From NCBI GenBank assembly GCA_009914755.4, contig CP068257.2, forward strand, positions 36,032,001 to 36,096,000: 64,000 nt of DNA, given 5' to 3'. Position numbers and translations under genes: made by a program. Source of the DNA: the human T2T-CHM13v2.0 reference genome, Homo sapiens. The notes below the pieces were generated by a model that worked only from the letters and a program-made list of their open reading frames with translations, was not told the DNA's origin and ran no database searches. Below are positions 13,461 through 25,629 of this stretch, piece by piece; position 1 is the first letter of the stretch; every line of letters begins with the position of its first letter.

Positions 13461-13739
13461 CAAGGAAGAAAAGGATACTCTAAAACTCCAGATGTTTAAA
13501 GAAAGGCTTGACTTGTGTTTTTTTAGTGGACGATGATGGGTATTGAATTGTTGTAAATTTATATTCCATGGGATCTATTTACATGAGTTCTGTAATTGTT
13601 TATGTCAGTATTTACAGTATGCTAGAAAAAACATCTTTTATAATTATTTAAGCTTATAATAAAAATTCTGGATGTCAAATTAAAAATATGTGAGAGGCCT
13701 AATAGTTTTCCCAAATGTTTAAGGAGTATGTGAGCAAAA

Positions 13740-15141
13740 AAGTTGAAGACCACTGTCTTAGAGCACTCAGCTAATTCTCTAGTTAAAAGACAAAGAGAGT
13801 TTCATGAAACAAAAAAAAAAAATCCAGCTACATACTGTTTACAAGAGGCACTCCCCAAACAAAAGGGCATAGAAAAGTTGAAGCTAAAATAATAGGAAGG
13901 GATATATCAAACAAATACTAATCAAAAAGAACAGTGGTATAGCTATACTAATATGGGACAACATGGATGAAGGCAAAAGGTATTGCAAGAGATGAAAGGG
14001 TCACCATAATGATGAAAGATTCTACTCACCAGGAGAAGAATACTGATTATATACATCTAATAATACAGTTTCACAGTAGAAAAAACCAAGAGTACAAGAT
14101 GAAATGGACACAGTCACCATCATAATGACAGCTCTATCAGTAATTGAAAAATTAAATTAATAGACAAAAATCAGTAAGAATATACGCATACCTATGAAGA
14201 ACACAATTAGCAAGCTTAGCCTCATGAACACATGACAAACACTGCATCCCACAGCTGGCCTTGCATTCTTTTTAAGCACCTACAGAACACTGGATATTTA
14301 CCATGTACAACGTTAGCAAGTAAGTCTTTATAAGTCCCAAAGAAACTATCATTCAGTTCACATTATCCAATTATTATGAAATTAATTAAGAAGTCAGTAG
14401 CAAAGAAGACTAATAAAACACCATACTTTTGGAAATAAAATAAAGTTGAATCTAAATAATTTATCAGTTAATAATCCAACATCATAGGAATTAGCTCTTA
14501 GAATTGAACAATAGAATAAAAAACTACATATAAAAAGTTTTGGGGTAAAACTGACTCTTGGAAAATGAACCCTAAATTACATTAGAAAAAAAGAAGAAAG
14601 AAAAATAATGAGCAAAACACCCACTTTAAGAAATTAGAGAGAAAAAGTAACAGAATTCAGCCAGAGAAAAAGAAATAAAGAGACAATAAAGATGACAGCA
14701 GAAAGTAACCAAATAGAAAACAACTGTGCAATGGGAAGAATTAAAGTTGATTCTTTGGAGGTAAGTGAAATTGACCAATCCCTGATGAGATTAATACAGT
14801 AAAAAAATATATAATTTAAATACACAATATCTGAAATTAAAAAGTGTGCATAACAAAAGATGCAGTAAAAATATTTTAAGAAATATCATGAATTCATACC
14901 AGCAAATTGGAAACTTTATATGAAATAAACAAAGATCTAAAAAATATTACTTACAAAAACTGACTCAGTTACAAATAGAAAAACTTGAATAGTCCTATAA
15001 CTATTAAAGAAATGAAATCAGTAGTTAAAAGAGTTCATAGAAAGAAAATGCTAGATGGTGTTTTACTCTGAGTTTTCCCAAACATTTAAGGAATAGATAA
15101 TTCCAACGTTATGGAGATTGGAAAAAGAAAGAATATTCCTT
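13740..15141 (+). mobile_element. Older LINE-1 fragment, ORF2 5' (endonuclease / start of RT) region, sense on the plus strand, heavily degenerated
   Basis: Segments resemble L1 ORF2 5' sense sequence: ...taattctctagttaaaagacaaagag... / aaatccagctacatactgtttacaagaggcactcc (compare atccagctacatgctgtctacaagagactcac) / acagtggtatagctatactaatatgggacaa / gagttttcccaaacatttaaggaatagataattccaa (compare gaattctaccaaacattcaaggaagaaataataccaa). The region is AT-rich with many stops. Confidence 0.55.
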
Positions 15142-15440
15142 TTTTTTTTTTTTTTTTTTTGAGATGGAGTCTCGCTTTGTTGCCCAGGCTGAAGTGCAGT
15201 GGCGCAATCTTGGCTCACTGCAAGCTCTGCCTCCCGGTTCACACCATTCTCCTGCCTCAGCCTCCCGAGTAACTGGAACTACAGGTGCCTGCCACCGCGC
15301 CCGGCTAATTTTTTGTATTTTTTAGTAGAGACGGGGTTTCACCGTGTTAGCCAGGATGGTCTCGATCTCCTGACCTTGGGATCCGCCTGCCTCAGCCTCC
15401 CAAAGTGCTGGGATTACAGACATGAGCCACCACGCCTGGC
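15142..15440 (-). mobile_element. Full-length Alu SINE (antisense) inserted into the older L1, flanked by 15-bp TSD AAGAATATTCCTTTT
   Basis: The poly-T at 15142-15160 is followed by gagatggagtctcgctttgttgcccaggctgaagtgcagtggcgcaatcttggctcactgcaagctctgcctccc ... catgagccaccacgcctggc. aagaatattcctttt occurs at 15127-15141 and again at 15441-15455. Confidence 0.93.
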
Positions 15441-16759
15441 AAGAATATTCCTTTTAAGCCTTGGTTTAGTCATTTGCCAAATGGGTCAACAATGGCACAA
15501 ATCTCACTGGATCCCTGTGAAGATTAAAGCAGATAATGAATAGAAGTATCTTGCAGCAAGCAAGAGAAAGGTTCACTGGCACATAGGATGCATTAAATAA
15601 ACAGTAACTATTATTATCATTATTTATGATTATTGATGGTTCCCAAGAGAGCCTCCCTGGCAAGGCAGGCCATGGTGCCAGTCGTCTGTATAAGTCCATG
15701 CGATCATTGAAAGCATTATTTCTCCAGGAATGAGGTAGTCATTGTTCTCTGGTTTTACAATAAACATTTAGCAATTGGCAGGATGTGGACGAACCTCATG
15801 GGAATCGGAAGTAGCTCTGAATTGTAAAGAGAAACAGCCAGATCAGATAGGAAAGTAATTTTTAATTACTCCGCTGAATTTCTAGCAGGGAGATTGCAAC
15901 CTTGGTGAGTGAGTCTCCATGCTGGTATGAGGTAGAGCTGGATTTGGACAGCTCAATGCAGGTGTGCCAACCTTTCCTTCCTCTCTCAGTGGACAAGGAA
16001 GGGAGGAACAAGACTAAAATACAGTTTTAGGTCGACCAAGTGTCTGCTCGCTGACATCATTCATCCCTCCCTCAAGTATCACAGACAATTTTTGTACCGC
16101 AGCGTTGCTGCTGTTTAGTAATTCAAAGTGTATCTGAGAAACACAATTATCTCGACAGAGAGTTGGACAGCAGCTGAGGGTGATGTGTGAGCTGGTGCCA
16201 GAGGTTTGCTTGTTTAGTTACTCCAAGCAGGGAGTTGTCATAAGGCTTCCTGGAGGAGTGGAGCTGGGGGCAGAGAGTGGCCTCTCACTGGATGCAGGTA
16301 GAAAAAGGAGCCAGAAATGAGCAGGCCCAGCTAGTTGCTGGATTGGCTAGTTGCTACCATGATGTCATTTCATACCCACAGCCACCCTGAAACCTGAAAG
16401 CAAGGTTTTATCACTTCCCATGTTGCAGGTTAGAAGACATGGCTTGCACAGGTGGAGTGATCCTTCCCAAACCACAGAAGCGGGAGTGAAGGGATCCTAT
16501 CCTTGGGCAGAGGCTCAGAGGGGAGAAGATGGGTACACAGGCAGAGATCTGGGAATGGCAAGGTCAGCTTCTAGTGGCCCAAGAACCCCTAGTTCTGGCT
16601 TCCTGTTGAGTAGGACCAAGTCCTCACTCCCCTTCCCCTGGGATTCCTCAGGCTGACCTGAGGCTGAGCTGACTCTCACGGTTTGGACTGGGTGACTTGG
16701 CTCAGGGGCTCCTGTGGGATGAGCACCATGAGCTGCTCCGAGGTGCCAGGACATCCAAC

Positions 16760-16889
16760 CCCAACCCTTGCTGGCTGTGCTGTCTCAGGCAAGTCACCTT
16801 GCCTCTCTGAGATGCAATTTCCCAATCTGTAAAATGGGGATACAATGCTAGTACATCGTTCATTGTTTTCCCTTTAAAAATTAAATGAG
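16760..16889 (+). mobile_element. MIR fragment
   Basis: caggcaagtcaccttgcctctctgagatgcaatttcccaatctgtaaaatggggatacaatgctagtaca...ttaaatgagg resembles the MIR core (gggcaagtcacttaacctctctgagcctcagtttcctcatctgtaaaatggggataataata...attaaatgag). Confidence 0.55.
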
Positions 16890-17528
16890 GTACCCGGCCG
16901 CCACCCCGTCTGGGAAGTGAGGAGTGCCTCTGCCTGGCCACTGTGCAATCTTCCAAGTGTAAAGTGACAGCCTTTCTGCAGGTGTACCCAACAGCTCTGA
17001 AGAGACAGTGACCATTGAGAACGGGCCATGATGACGATGGCAGTTTTGTCGAAAAGAAAGGGGAAATGTGGGGAAAAGAAAGAGAGATCAGATTGTTACT
17101 GTGTCTGTGTAGAAAGAAGTAGACATAGGAGACTCCATTTTGTTCTGTACTAAGAAAAATTCTTCTGCCTTGGGATGCTGTTAATCTATAACCTTACCCC
17201 CAACCCCGTGCTCTCTGAAACATGTGCTGTGTCAACTCAGGGTTAAATGGATTAAGGGCGGTGCAAGATGTGCTTTGTTAAACAGATGCTTGAAGGCAGC
17301 ATACTCGTTAAGAGTCATCACCACTCCCTAATCTCAAGTACCCAGGGACACAAACACTGTGGAAGGCCGCAGGGACCACTGGCTAGGAAAACCGGAGACC
17401 TTTGTTCACCTGTTTATCTGCTGACCTTCTCTCCACTATTATCCTATGACCCTGCCACATCCCCCTCTCCGAGAAACACCCAAGAATGAGCAATAAATAC
17501 TAAAAAAAAAAAAAAAAAAAAAAAAAAA
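16890..17528 (+). mobile_element. SVA composite retrotransposon, 5'-truncated (end of VNTR / SINE-R region plus poly-A tail)
   Basis: ccaccccgtctgggaagtgaggagtgcctctgcc...gagaacgggccatgatgacgatggcagttttgtcgaaaagaaaggggaaatgtggggaaaagaaagagagatcagattgttactgtgtctgtgtagaaagaagtagacataggagactccattttgttctgtactaagaaaaattcttctgccttgggatgctgttaatctat...gggttaaatggattaagggcggtgcaagatgtgctttgttaaacagatgcttgaaggcagcat...ccctgccacatccccctctccgagaaacacccaagaatgagcaataaatactaaaaaa(n). This matches the SVA SINE-R (HERV-K-derived) 3' module, with a poly-A run of ~30 nt at 17498-17528. Confidence 0.85.
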
Positions 17529-17802
17529 TTAGGCAACGCAGGCAAAGTGTCCAGACCCAAACTGGATATGTAACAAGGGCCGATGAGTGTGAGTTCCTTT
17601 TGTTCCCTCTTCATATATCCAGGCCAGGGTTCCACATTTTGAATTGGAGAATTCTCTACTGTGGGGGGCGTTTAGCAACACCTTTCCCTCATCACATAGG
17701 AACTCTTGTAACAAGCCCATCCTGTCTGGACCAGGGGGATTCAGCTAAGCCTAGGGTCAGTCCAAATAATTCCAGGACTTGGAATGACTCAATAGGACAT
17801 CA

Positions 17803-18001
17803 GGGGTAGTAGGCGCCGGGGTAGCGGGAGCTGGGGTAGAGGACGCTGGGGTAGTGGGCGCCGGGGTAGCGGGGTCCGGGGTAGCGGGCGCCGGGGTAGC
17901 AGGCTCCAGGGTAGTGGGTGCTGGGGTAGCAGGAGCCAGGGTAGCGGGGTCTGGGGTAGCAGGCGCCGGGTAGCAGGTCCGGGGTAGCGGGCTCCGGGGT
18001 C
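17803..18001. repeat. GC-rich minisatellite, 15-bp unit GGGGTAGCGGGCGCC-like, ~13 imperfect copies
   Basis: Direct reading: ggggtagtaggcgcc ggggtagcgggagct ggggtagaggacgct ggggtagtgggcgcc ggggtagcggggtcc ggggtagcgggcgcc ... The minus-strand ORF over it gives PATPA/PATPD pentapeptide repeats, which is a translation artifact of the 15-bp period. Confidence 0.9.
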
Positions 18002-18249
18002 GGCACTGCAGGGTGTTTAGCAGCATTCTCTGCCTCTGATCACAGGGTGCCAGTAGCAGAGTCCTCTCACCCCATTGTGACATCCAAAATGCCTCCATAT
18101 ATTGCCCTCTGTCTCCCGGGGGACAAAGCTTGCCCTTGACTGAGAACCACTGTCCTAGGTCCATCTCGTGCAGTTGGGCCAGAGCCTACCTCGACTCTGG
18201 GCACAGAGAAGCAAGTGCCACTCCTGGAGTGGTGGTCCTCCTCCAGGAG

Positions 18250-18930
18250 GCATGCCAGAGCTCCTTGGAGCTTCTTAAAAGCGCAGGGGCCTGGGCTTTA
18301 CTCCACAATTCTGATGTCATTGGATGCAGTGGACATTTGCTGAAAGCTCACGCCATGGTCTGATCAGTGGGCGCAGCTGAGAACCACTGGTGCCTGGCTC
18401 CCTTGGGGACGGAGCCCACAGCCCCAGGGCCTCAGCTCGGGTGTGTGGGGCAGTTCTGTGCATGCTGAAAGCATACCCCCTCCAGTGCTTGATGGGGGCT
18501 TCTCTGGTCTTCTGCCTCAGAGCCCTCTCCAAAACCCATAGAGGCCTTCAGACCCATGTTCAGCCCCACGTGAGGAGTTGGAGGAGTGCTAGTGCCCCAG
18601 GGGTAATGGGAGCCTGTAGGAGCTCCCCAGAACTGCCTCAAGGGAAACCACAGATGGCGCCTTAAATAACACAGTTCTCTCTCCTTGGCTTACAGATGCC
18701 CTCTCCTCCCTGGGTCCTCACAGGGTCACCCCTCTGTGTGTGTCTGTGTCTGTGTCCTAATCTCCTATTCTTATAAGGACACCAGTTAGGTTGGATGAGG
18801 GCCCACCCTAATGGCCTCGTTTACCTTAATCACTTCTTTAAAGGCCCTACCTCCAAATACAGCCACATGCTGAGGTATGGGGGGTTAGGACTTCAACATA
18901 GGCAGATTGGGAGATACACCTCGGCCCACA
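18250..18930 (+). mobile_element. Degenerate MaLR (MLT1-like) LTR remnant
   Basis: The 3' part ctgtgtcctaatctcctattcttataaggacaccagttaggttggatgagggcccaccctaatggcctc...aggtatggggggttaggacttcaacat matches the MLT1 consensus tail (tataaggacaccagtcatattggattagggcccaccctaat...ggtactgggggttaggacttcaacat). The 5' extent is uncertain. Confidence 0.45.
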
Positions 18931-19229
18931 GCAGCATCCGGAGGCCTGTGTCTTCCTGTCTGAGCCTGGGTGTGGATGCCGCACCCGTGCTGGTTGGAGG
19001 AAGCTGGCCTGCACGGCCTCTGAGCTTCTCCACTTTCTTACTCATCTGAACTTTGGGGCACTCCAATTCTGCTGAGGAAGGAGAAGGATCCTTTTTGCAA
19101 ATTATATACTGACTCTAGTATAACATCACATGACAGGTAAAGGAGGATATCAAAATATTTTATCCCAAAATAGGTTTCTTTGCTATACTTTGAAATGGTG
19201 CTGCAAAGCTGGCTTTCGTGATGCAAAAT

Positions 19230-19750
19230 TTGCATCTGTAAGGAATCTCTAATAATATAACTAGGTATTTCCCCTTCCAGGCCCTCCCAATCCAGAAGAG
19301 ATTAGCACCTTTAAAAGATCTAAATAGGAAACATTGCCATCTATTGTCTCAAAGGGCAGCTACCTATGAGACTTCATCTACATAACAAGAACCCTGGTCT
19401 CCACAACCCCTTATCTTAACCCAAACACTCCTTTCTATTGATTCTAGGTCTTTAGATAATAACTTAACTCTTCAACCAATTGCCAATCAGAAAATCTTTG
19501 AATCCACCTATGACCTGTAAGGCACCCCCCCACCTTCCAGTTGTCCTGCCTTTCCAGAACTAAACAATTTATACCTCACATGTATTGATTGAGGTCTTAT
19601 GTCTCCCTAAAACGTATATGACCAAGCCGTAACCCAGTCACCTTGGGCACATGTTCTCCGGACTTCTTGAGACTGTGCTTTGGGCCCTGGTCATTCATAT
19701 TTGGCTCAGAATAAACCTCTTTAAGTAGTTTACAGAGTTTGCCTTTTTTT
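19230..19750 (+). mobile_element. Putative solo LTR (ERV-type), family unresolved
   Basis: U3/R-like organisation: ccaattgccaatcagaaaatc (CCAAT-like), cctgtaagg, then an AATAAA signal (ctcagaataaacctctttaagtag) near the 3' end. No other repeat family was recognised. Confidence 0.3.
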
Positions 19751-19878
19751 GCTGACATACTACAAATTCAAAGCTCAATGAAAACAAAACAGGGAAGCCT
19801 CAAAGAAATCTCTGCTTGATGCCAATCAGTTCTTTGTATCTTTAGGGAGATGGTAGGTGGTGTTGGGGAGCATGAAGT

Positions 19879-19916
19879 CTGTGTGTGTTGTGTGTGTGTG
19901 TGTGTGTGTGTGTGAA
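19879..19916. repeat. (GT)n microsatellite
   Basis: gtgtgtgttgtgtgtgtgtgtgtgtgtgtgtg, read directly. Confidence 0.95.
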
Positions 19917-20244
19917 TGTGCATATGCATCTCTGCTATAATGCAGGGATAAAAACAACAATGCTTTGGACATTTTCATGATGCTGAATCTACTGTTTGGA
20001 GCTTACAATAAGGAAATATGCAGAGACTCTGAAATGTCTTCACAGAATTGTAGCTGGAATAACATGGTTAAGATGGATATTCAAAATATTTGAAAATAAT
20101 TTGAAAATATTTTCTCCCATTCTGTATGTTGTCTTTCACTTTCATGATAATGTATTTCAATGCATACAAGTTTTTTATTTTGATGAAGTCATATTTATAT
20201 TTTTCTTTTGTTGCCTGTACTTGTGGTGTCACAGCTAAGAATCC

Positions 20245-21400
<1,156 letters not shown>

Positions 21401-22139
21401 TGTCTTTTGTTTGCTACTGAGATGACTGGCAGCTGCAGACCTCTAGATAGCTTCCGGGTGGGGGCTGGCCACCTGAAAGACCATGGCATGATTAGAAGGT
21501 TGAGACTTTCGGTCCCACCCCCAACCTCCAGGGAAGGGAAGGGGGTTGAAGGTTCAGTTGATCACCAATGGCCAATGATATCATTACTCATGCCTACATA
21601 ATGAAGCTTCCATAGAAAAGCAAAAGGACTGAGTTCTGGGGGCTTCTGGAAAGCTGAACACATGGATGTTCCTGGAAGGGGTTAACCCAGGGAGGGCGTG
21701 CCCCTCTTCTTGCCTCTTCTCCCACACTTTGCCCTGTACCCTTCTTCCTTCTGGCTGCTCATCTGTACCCTTAATTATATCCTTTATAATAAATGGGTAG
21801 GTGTAAGTAGAGTGGTTCCCTGAGTTCTGTGAACTGCTTTCGCAAATTAATTGAATCCCAGGATGGGGTTGCGGGAACTCCCAATTTACAGCCAGTTGGT
21901 CAGAAGCACAGGCCACAACCTGTGCTTGCGACTGGCATCTGCCGGGGTGGGGCAGGCTTGTGGGGCTGAGCCCTCACCCTGTGGGATCTGACACTGCCTG
22001 CAGGTAGACAGTGTCAGAGCTGAACTGAATTAGGGAACACACAGGGGTGTCCACTGGAGAATGACCTGCAGCACTGGTTGTTGTTGGAGAAACCCCAACA
22101 GCCCTCTGGAGTCATGGAAGTGTTATCTGTTGTAAGAGT

Positions 22140-22400
22140 ATAGTACGAGATGCGGAGTTTGTTTCTTCCTAGGTCCTTATGTATAGAAATTCAACATTTT
22201 TTTTTGTGTTGATCTTGTACTCTACAACTTTTCTGAATTTGTTTATTGGCTCTCGTAGTATTTTTGTGGATTCTTTGGGGTTTTCTCTGTATAAGATCAT
22301 GTTATCTTTGAATAGAACTAGTTTTACTTCTTTCCAATTGGAATACTTTCTGTTTCTTTTTTTTACTTAATTGCTCTGGAGGGAATTGTGTCTTGACCCA
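22140..22400 (-). mobile_element. LINE-1 ORF2 region (antisense on plus), further continuation after a ~740-bp interrupting segment
   Basis: gtgttgatcttgtactctacaacttttctgaatttgtttattggctctcgtagtatttttgtggattctttggggttttctctgtataagatcatgttatctttgaatagaactagttttacttctttccaattggaatactttc resembles the antisense L1 ORF2 sequence (gtgttgatcttgtatcctgcaactttgctgaattcatttattagttctaatagttttt...tcatctgcaaacag...agttttacttcttcctttccaatttggatgcc). Confidence 0.6.
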
Positions 22401-23099
22401 TTCTCTACCTGTAGTCTAGGAGGGATTGACCCCATCTCTTAAGGGTGATCCCTGCTTGGCTTAAGCAAGTCCATAGAGCTCATCTGCTTGTCCCCAGTGA
22501 TTGGGTCGGAAATGGCATATGACCTCCTTAAGGACAATGAGATGCAAAGAAATATAGCTTTAGCTTCTAGGAAGGAAGCTTCTCTTTTCTGTGGAAGCTT
22601 CTGGAAGAGATCCTGACTCTTCTGCTTGTGAGAAGTTGGGGCCTGAAATGTGGTGGACACTTCTGCTACCATGAAAGAAGTAGTCTAAGGATGACGGTGA
22701 TGCAGAAGGAAGGGAAAGCAGGAGACCTGGAGAAAAGGAGCTGGGTCTGGGGGTCATCTCAGCGCCTAGGAACCGGCAGCATCGGAAGTCCTCTCCCCCT
22801 GGGTTTTTGGTTGTATGAGCTAAGACATCCTCAATTTTTTTTTCTTTTTTCATAAGTCAGTTTGGGTTCTCTGACATCTCTTTTTACTTGAAAATGTTAA
22901 AGTTCAAGATACATGGTATATCCTTAGCTTAGTATAAACTTATCAGCTATGGTTGTTTCACTTGGACTTTTTACCTAATCAAAAAGGAAATAAAGATGTA
23001 ATACACATGTAAGGAGATGGTAGGTTTTTCTCTCTTTCTCTTTTTCTCCCTTCCCCTTCCCTTCCCTTCCTTTCTCTTTCTTTCTTCTCTCTCTCTCTG

Positions 23100-23300
23100 T
23101 TTTCTTGAGATAGGATCTGGCTATGTGGCTAAGGTGGGAGTGCAGTGGTACCATCACAGCTTACTGCAGCCTCGAACTCCTGGGCTAAAGTGGTCCTCCT
23201 GTCTCAGCCTCCCAAGTAGCTGGGACTACAGGTGCATGCTGCTGTGCCCTGTTAATTATTTTATTTTTTGTAGAGACAGAGTCTTGCTACATTGTCCAGG
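23100..23300 (-). mobile_element. Partial Alu (antisense, ~200 bp), preceded by a CT-rich tract (23030-23100) that corresponds to its degenerate tail
   Basis: ttttcttgagataggatctggctatgtggctaaggtgggagtgcagtggtaccatcacagcttactgcagcctcgaactcctgggctaaagtggtcctcctgtctcagcctcccaagtagctgggactacaggtgcatgc...ttttgtagagacagagtcttgctac. Confidence 0.7.
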
Positions 23301-24639
23301 CCAGATTTTTCTTTTAAGTGTGGTAAATGCTATAAAAGTCTCCTTTTTACATTATTCTCAAAACGTTTTTAATGAGCAATAATATTCATTATTGAATGCA
23401 AAATGAGAGAGAGAAAACAAAGGAGGAGAAGAAGAATTGAGAGGAGACGGGGACAGGTAAGACAGCATGAGGGAAAGAGGAGTGGTGGAAATGGAGCAGA
23501 GGCTGGAGGAAGAGGGTTGGGACCTGAACCATCTCTAGGGCTATGGCCGATAGGCCCAGGGGCAGCCTGCTGGAGCTAGGGAAGTGGGTGGTTGTCCATC
23601 AGCTTTCCTGGGTGGTCCCATTACTGGGAGGCTTCCATCTCCAGCTGGACTGTCCTGCAGCTTCCTTTGGCTGGGCTGCCCCTGTCCCCTCCCCCTCTTC
23701 CAGTCCTGTTTCTTTCCAGGAGCCGGCTCCTTGGAGCTCATCCATCCTCCTTCCTGGGGCTCCAGGCTTCCTTTTCTCAGGGATAGGATTTGTCTCTCAG
23801 CTTCAGAAATGAGGGTGCATCTCAGAGCAGCACTTTTCCTGGCCCAGTGGCTGGGCTCACTTGTGTCTGTGTTGTGTCCAACTCACTCATCACACACCTG
23901 TTGTGGATAGGACACAACACAGGGACACAGGGATGAGACAGAAATGAGGACACAGGCACTGACATGCATAACCAGCAGACAGATGGGTATGTTTAATTTT
24001 AGAGGTGTGTTCAGAGTTAGAGGGGGACAGGGAAGGGAGGGATTCTCTAGGCAGGACTGAAGCAGGGAAGTCTTTACAAAAGATGTGCTGGGCTTTGAAG
24101 GATGAGTAGGAGTTGATCAGGCAAACCAGTGGAGGAAAGAAGGGGAAGGGGCTCTCATTGGGGCTCATCCTGGCTGCACATCGGAGACACCTGGAGGAGC
24201 CTTGGGAGAGAAGATGGCCAAAGAGCAGGGAGAGCTGATGCTGTTCCCTCAGGGTTTACCTGTTTGCTTCCATGCTGTGACTTTGAGCCCTGTGATTTCC
24301 CTTAGTGATGACAGCATATCCCAACCATGTGAAGTCTAACTGCCCTCTAGCCAGTGTAAACAGGCTATTCTGGAGTGTGGGGCCAGGGGAGAACCTTCAG
24401 ATCCCTGAAATATGCCCCAGATATGGTTTGCGGAACTCAACGGCATCTTTTTCACCTTCAACCCAACCTGTCCCCAATGTCAGCTCTCAGCTGAGTTACT
24501 GCAGCAAACCTTTCCCCAGTTACTGGCTGCTATCTGCACATTGTGTGACCAACTAATCTCTGTTTGCCTGGGACTTACCCACATTTAGCATTGAATGTCC
24601 CACATCCCGGAAATCCCTCAGTCCCAAGCAAATGAGGAC

Positions 24640-25245
24640 AGTTGGTCATCTACAGCTCACACGCCAACCACAGCCATCCTTTCAAAATGCATGTAATGTC
24701 ATGCCACTCTTTGCTCGACACCCTCCAGGGCTCCCCTCTCAGAGCAAAAGCTACACAAAGCTCTCCCTGGCCTGGTGCCTGTGACCTCACTCGCCTCCTC
24801 TCTGCCCACTCCCCTCCTCACCCACTGGGCTCCGCCGAGTCAGGCCTCCTTGATGCTTCTCCAAGCTTCCTTTCACCACAGGGCCTTTGCATGCAGGTCC
24901 TCTCTGCTTGGAACACTCTCTCCCTGATACCCACAGGGCTCACACCTCCTCTCACCCAGGATGGATCTAGTATTAGCTCTGCAGGGACAGCTTCCCTGAC
25001 TCCCCTATACCTCACGTACTTCACCCCCTCCAGAGCCGTGATTCCTTTCCTTTCTGCACGTCTCACTCCGACAGGCTTACTTTCTGGTTTAGTCTTTCTC
25101 TGCTCACTTGGATGTAAGCTTGGTTTACTCATGCTGTGTCCTGACTACCTAGAACACTGCAGAGCGCATAGCATGAGGGCAATAAACGACGAATGAATAA
25201 ATGAATGAATGAATAATGAATGAATGATTGAATGAAAGAAATCTG
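24640..25245 (+). mobile_element. Ancient LINE-2/MIR-type 3' end repeat ending in a (GAAT)n microsatellite tail (25185-25245)
   Basis: The 3' terminus ctagaacactgcagagcgcatagcatgagggcaataaacgacgaatgaataaatgaatgaatgaataatgaatgaatg resembles the shared L2/MIR 3' end (cctagcacagtgcctggcacatagtaggcgctcaataaatgtttgttgaatgaatgaatg). The longest ORF in the window (24642-25196, 184 aa) lies wholly inside this repeat. Confidence 0.45.
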
Positions 25246-25629
25246 GACAACTTACTCACTTAGGGTGGCTAAGGAGAGGTAAGGGCTGCTTTTCCCAGAC
25301 AGCCCACCCTGCACTGCCCCTGTCCCCAAGCCTTCCAGGTGGACTCATGCAGTCCTGCTCGGAGCTCCTCTGCTGCTCCGGGTTTGACTCAATCGACACC
25401 CTTCGCACCACTTTCTAAGTGTCTCCTTTGGACTGGGCCCTTGAGCCATGAGCTTTCTTTTATTTAATGTGATATTCCCAGCGTCTGGCAATGTAGCAGG
25501 GGCTCCGTTTTGAACTACTGGCCTGTGCAAAACCAAAAGTCTTTCCTTTAAGGATCTGGAGTTAATATGATGGCTGCGTCTCAGAGATGTAAAGGCCACA
25601 CAGATGAGACCTCAGAGAGGAAGGAATCA

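Noticed and set aside
13010-13463. Two minus-strand ORFs (78 and 114 aa) with clear similarity to the L1 ORF2 C-terminus
   Set aside because: They are genuine homology, but they are fragments of a decayed LINE-1 ORF2 and retrotransposon debris, not a host gene. They are annotated as a mobile element instead.
17803-18001. Regularly spaced direct repeats that could superficially be mistaken for a CRISPR-like array
   Set aside because: The repeats are 15 bp and contiguous with no spacers. The context is a eukaryotic GC-rich minisatellite next to an SVA, and CRISPR arrays do not occur in primate nuclear DNA.
17757-18164. 135-aa minus-strand ORF with PATPA/PATPD pentapeptide repeats, and a 68-aa ORF with YPGA repeats
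   Set aside because: Both are translations of the 15-bp-unit GC-rich minisatellite (15 bp = 5 codons). No start context or flanking coding sequence was seen.
24642-25196. Longest ORF in the window (184 aa, plus strand)
   Set aside because: It lies within an L2/MIR-type 3' end repeat and runs into the (GAAT)n tail. It is Ser/Leu/Pro-rich and low-complexity, with no recognisable domain.
25245-25285. Strong splice-donor-like motif GAG|GTAAGG on the plus strand, and GTAAGT on the minus strand, just after the (GAAT)n tract
   Set aside because: It sits immediately after a microsatellite repeat tail with no upstream exon-like sequence. An isolated GTAAGT match is expected by chance in 64 kb.
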